Source: Deferribacterales bacterium
GTDB taxonomy: Bacteria; Chrysiogenota; Deferribacteres; Deferribacterales; Geovibrionaceae
Assembly: GCA_050253335.1 (NCBI GenBank)
Contig: JBFWJG010000033.1
Span: 1 to 29,090, forward strand
Length of the DNA: 29,090 nucleotides
Direction of reading: 5' to 3'
Part shown: piece after piece, positions 27,147 to 29,090 of the stretch
Layout: the number at the start of each line of letters is the position of its first letter
Position numbering within the stretch: position 1 is the stretch's first letter
Program-made: the position numbers and the translations under genes
The notes under the pieces: model-generated
What the model saw: the letters and a program-made list of their open reading frames with translations, nothing else
What the model was told of the DNA's origin: nothing
Database searches by the model: none

Positions 27147-29090
27147 AAAGCGCTCCCCTCGTAAAACTTTTCAAGCATTATCGTGAACTCAGCACCTTTG
27201 TCAGTGTTTCTCACACTGATTCTGCCCTTCATTTTCCCTTCAATAATGGTTCTGCACATATACAGCCCTATGCCCGAGCCTGAGCCTTTTGTTGTGAAAT
27301 AGGGCTCAAAAAGCCTGTTCATAGCTTCTTCCGGTATTCCTCCTCCGTTATCGGAGAAGGTTATTTTAACCTGCAGTTCGCTTGATTCTATTTTTATGTT
27401 TATTATGCCCGCTTCTGAGTTTTTGAGTGTTTTGAGGTTTCTTCTTTCTGCTATGGCGTCTTTTGAGTTAGCAATAAGGTTCAGTATAACCTGTTTGAAT
27501 TCGTTGGGATAGCCGAATACTTCAGAACCGTGGGTTTCTGTTCCGGTATTGTCTATGTAAACGGCAATATAGTTAACCTTGAGCTGAGGCAGCATGAGGT
27601 TTACAATATCCGAAACCGCAGTGGATATGTCAAAGGTCTGCATACTTCTGGCAGGCTTGAAGAAGTTTCGGAAATCATCAATGGTGGCGGCCATGAAGTT
27701 AACCTGCTTCAGTATCCCGCCTACATGCTCGTTCACCGCTTCAAGGGTCAGTTCCTTATAGTCATAGTCGTCCTTGAAGCACTGCGCAATAAGGGCAATG
27801 GCGTTCAGCGGCTGTTTCCATTGATGGGCAATGGCGCCGATCATTTCGCCCATGGCGGCCATTTTGGACTGCTGAACAAGCATCCGTTCCTGCTCTCTCT
27901 GCTTCTGCTGAAGCCTGTTCTTTTCGCTTATGTCAAGATGGGTGGATATGAGGTACCGCTTTCCGTCATACATTGTCACCCATTTTGTGGTCATGAGCAC
28001 ATCCATGACTGTTTCATCAACACGCTTTATTTTCCACTCGGAGGCTATGCGCTTCACATGACCGTCACGGTATTTTATGAACAGCCGCCGCATATCCTCC
28101 CGCAGGGTTTCGTGAAGCACTGTTTCGAACGAGGAGTTTATTACGGCGTGTTCTTTCAGCCTGTACATTTCGCAGAAGCGGCCGTTAACCCTGACATAGC
28201 GGCCTTTGTCATCCACCATGGCAATGCCTATGCTTGCCATGTTGAATATAACGGACAGCATCTCTTCATTCGCGGCCAGTTTGCGGTAGCTTTCGAAAAG
28301 CTCTCTGCTTCTGCGGTTTATTTTTTCTTCCAGTGATATGTTTGTGTCTTCCAGAAGCTTTTTCTGGTTTTCAAGCTCTGTTATGTCGGTGAAGGAAACT
28401 ATGTAGTAGTATTTTTCGCCGGGGAAGGGCTGGATATCCACCATGAAAAAGCGGACTGAGCCTGTTTTGGGATCTTTTATGGCGACTTTTGTGTCGCCGG
28501 AGGAGGCTTTGTTGCGGAGAACTTTTTTCAGCCAGTGCCCCCGTCTGTTTTCAGTGAGATAACCGTTCAGGGGAACAAACATGTCGCATATGCAGCCGTT
28601 TGTGTCTTTAAAGTCCGCAAGCGATTCATACCCGAAAAAATTCAGCATGTTTTTGTTGCAGTTGCGCATCTCTGTTCCGTTGGTGACCACAACCATGCTG
28701 TTTACGAAATCAAGCATGTTCTGAAGCTGTTCCCTGCTGGTGATAAGCTCTTCCCGAAGGTTTTTCTCCGTGGTTATATCTCTGATGACAAAGAGAAGGC
28801 GGGGTTTCTCACTGCCTGTTCCGGATATGAATGAGACAGATGTGTGACCCCAGAAAAAACCGTTTTTAGTCATGTAGAGATTTTCAGTCCGGAGCCCTTC
28901 CGGAAGTTCGCCTTTGGTGAGCTTTTTAAGCTCGTCCGGCAGAATTATTCTGCGTCCGAAAGCAAGGGAGTTGATATTCTGCCTGGAGAGCTGTTCCTTC
29001 TCCATATCGAACATGCGGACAGCGGCAGGGTTAAAGAAAGTTATGTTATTTTTTGAGATCCGTAATGATTACAGCATCCGAACTCTGCTC
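27143..29090 (-). pseudogene. Multi-PAS sensor histidine kinase (5' truncated by window) with a +1 frameshift at 29049-29054; pseudogene or sequencing error
   Basis: Kinase core intact (QQSKMAAMGEMIGAIAHQWKQPLN; N, G1, F, G2). A PAS domain is split between two frames: EQSSDAVIITDLK(K*) and NNITFFNPAAVRMF, across an A6 run. Confidence 0.8.

Overview
Bacterial chromosomal window with no mobile element, RNA gene or CRISPR array detected. It carries a group I-type Mo-nitrogenase cluster (nifA, fdxB/fdxN-nifZ, inverted draT, draG, nifHDK, nifT, nifENX, DUF269). Three sigma-54 promoters, NifA-type upstream sites and IHF-like sites can be read directly. Flanking genes are paralogous PAS histidine kinases with stand-alone receivers, a YccM-like 4Fe-4S membrane protein, a CheY-like/CheC-like/PAS-kinase operon, a Cache-GGDEF(degenerate)-EAL protein and a complete Na+-NQR operon (nqrABCDEF plus an nqrM-like gene). 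The gene style suggests an anaerobe such as a Deferribacterales member, but that is inference only. Most notable: (1) an in-frame, mostly synonymously diverged second copy of the nifK 3' end 150 bp downstream, among hairpins with GGA loops; (2) draT and draG head-to-head with overlapping divergent promoters, draT apparently leaderless and antisense to a NifA-driven transcript; (3) nifA apparently on a sigma-54, possibly autoactivated, leaderless mRNA; (4) a non-canonical nifH promoter; (5) a 1-nt homopolymer frameshift in the last kinase.
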